A stretch of DNA of 64,000 bases from an uncultured delta proteobacterium (lineage in GTDB: Bacteria; Desulfobacterota; Desulfobacteria; Desulfobacterales; Desulfosalsimonadaceae), in NCBI GenBank assembly GCA_963826785.1, contig CAWGYD010000008.1, positions 288,001 through 352,000 of the forward strand. The letters run 5' to 3'. Both the position numbers and the translations under genes were made by a program. Shown piece by piece: positions 62,353-64,000 of this stretch; the first letter of the stretch is position 1; every line of letters begins with the position of its first letter. The notes beneath the pieces were generated by a model that worked only from the letters and a program-made list of their open reading frames with translations, searched no databases and was not told the origin of the DNA.

Positions 62353-62368
62353 TGGCATATCGGTTGCA
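62353..62368 (+). promoter_or_regulatory. Sigma-54 -24/-12 promoter
   Basis: TGGCATATCGGTTGCA (GG-N10-GC), 65 nt upstream of ATG 62434. Confidence 0.7.
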
Positions 62369-62433
62369 GATAAACCTTGGATAAAAGTGTGAATTCCAAA
62401 CGGACACCAAAGAAAAAGTAAGAAGGAGCAGGA

Positions 62434-63493
62434 ATGAATCTACCCAAATGTATAGGACAAGCACAACGAATCCACTTTGCCCCCCTCCCCGGGAGCGAAA
62501 AAATTGCCGGAACCATCCTTGCGGTCATGATGCTCTTTTTTTTCTCCATCATGCTGACTGGGTGCGGCGGTGGATCATCGGGAACCGATGAAAACGGCAT
62601 CGCCATGAATGCGGACAGACGGCACGGCCATGCATACCGGCACTTTCATCGACAGTCCCGTGGCCGGCCTGGATTACCATTCCGCCTCGGCCCAGGGGCA
62701 GACCGATGAAAAAGGACATTTCATGTATGCGGATGGCGAAATGATGCAATTTTCCATAGGGGATGTGGTTCTTGGAGAAGCCATGGCCGATGACGTGGTG
62801 ACCCTGATGGATTTGATCGGAGAAGCCCGGCAGGATCAAGGGGTCACCGATCCCATGGCAACCAATATGGGACGCTTCCTGCAGTCACTGGATGCAGACG
62901 GCGATCCCGAAAACGGGATCACCATCACCCCCGAAGTCAGGGATGAAGTCATGGGCCGGATGATCGATTTTGAGCAGAGCATCGCCCAATTCGAAAACGA
63001 CCCGTTCATTTCCGCCTGTTTTGATACCTTAAATGCCCTGGATCTGCCACACGCCGGTCAGGCCTGGGAACTCTGCCCGGTGGATACGGCATGGGCGCAC
63101 ATGGTGGACCACATGGGCCAGTACATGCCGGAATGGATGGTCGATCAAATGGGAGGCGGCAGCAACGGCGGAAACGTGGCGGATGCCCCAGGCGCGGATT
63201 ATCCCATGGGTGGAATGATGGATGGCGATATGATCGATCTCATGGACGATCATATGGGAACCGGAAGCGGTGATGCTTTCCCTGTCAATGGTATGACGAC
63301 CGGCGACATGATCGATTACATGGACGACCACATGGGAACCGGCGGCACGAACCCGCATCCAATGGCTGGTGACAGCAATAACCCGCCCTTAAGCAATGAT
63401 TCGCCCTCAAACAGCACTGCCGGCAACCAGATGGTTGACGGCATGTATGGCTATGGCGGGATGATGTCCGGCGGCGGGCACATGGGAATTTAA
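62434..63493 (+). CDS. Lipoprotein with a Met/His/Gly-rich C-terminal tail; frameshift near 62610
   Basis: Lipobox MLTGC-GGGSS; GTFIDSPVAGL..TDEKG.F; FLQSLDADGDPENGI; MDDHMG repeats. Confidence 0.7.
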
Positions 63494-63502
63494 AAAGGAC
63501 GG

Positions 63503-63537
63503 GAGGGGCCGGGGCGCCGGGGCCTGGCCCCTCTTTT
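63503..63537. terminator. Intrinsic terminator between convergent genes
   Basis: GAGGGGCC...GGCCCCTC followed by TTTT. Confidence 0.7.
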
Positions 63538-64000
63538 ATGATTTGATCCCGTATCTTTTCAGTTTCAGCTGAAGGGTCCGGCGGCTGATACCCAGGATAT
63601 CGGCGGTTCGGGTCCGGTTGCCCCCCGTTTCGTCCAGAGTCCTCAAGATCATCTGTTTTTCCATCTCCCGGATGGTCTGCCCCGCGGCAATATCAATCCC
63701 TTCCTCTCCCTTTTCACCGTTTAAGGAACGGATCGTCTCCGGCAGGTGCTCCAGGGTGATCACCTCCCCCCGGGTCAGGATCACCGCACGCTCGATGGCG
63801 TTCTCCAGTTCCCTGATATTCCCCGGCCAGGAATATCGCATCATCAAATCTCTGGCCCGGGGCGTGAACCCCTTGATGAGACGGTGGTTTTTTTCGGCAT
63901 AAATCTTTAAAAAATGATCAGCCAGGAACGGGACATCCTCCCGCCGCTCCCGCAGGGGCGGAATCCGGAGGGAGACAACGTTTAACCGGTAGTACAGGTC
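63536..64000 (-). CDS. Sigma-54-dependent response regulator (NtrC/ZraR family), C-terminal part; 5' end outside the window
   Basis: DLYYRLNV..IPPLRERREDV, YSWPGNIRELEN, Fis HTH GNRTRTADILGISRRTL. Confidence 0.92.
   Translation of the reverse strand, partial: DLYYRLNVVSLRIPPLRERREDVPFLADHFLKIYAEKNHRLIKGFTPRARDLMMRYSWPGNIRELENAIERAVILTRGEVITLEHLPETIRSLNGEKGEEGIDIAAGQTIREMEKQMILRTLDETGGNRTRTADILGISRRTLQLKLKRYGIKS

Overview
64 kb of GC-rich bacterial chromosome; the gene content (hcp, hdrBC-like, nifSU, multiheme cytochromes, HcpR-like regulator) suggests an anaerobic Desulfobacterota/deltaproteobacterium, which is an inference. At least ten genes carry isolated single-base frameshifts, typical of an unpolished long-read assembly, so reading-frame arguments need read-level checks. 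Left to right: a decayed defence locus with a type I hsdR (1-5.3 kb); a GMC oxidoreductase/GH15/YihY module (5.7-12.4 kb); a 15 kb co-oriented minus-strand run covering nitrosative stress, Fe-S assembly and Cys/Met synthesis (12.5-27.6 kb); typA, sensor kinases and lipid enzymes (28-42 kb); a glycosyltransferase/rhodanese/DedA cluster (42.5-53.9 kb); an AT-rich islet with alkB and higBA (54-57.3 kb); and an HcpR-like regulator plus a sigma-54-driven Met/His-rich lipoprotein (58.5-64 kb). Most striking: hsdR carries 10 GGAG-footed REP hairpins in 4 clusters. Two clusters are translated in frame as peptide inserts. The other two bracket a RAYT-type HUH transposase at the nuclease/motor junction. 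Removing 669 nt between the direct-repeat REP arms makes hsdR continuous across this junction, and restoring one C fuses RAYT in frame to the HsdR motor. No rRNA, tRNA or CRISPR array was recognised.
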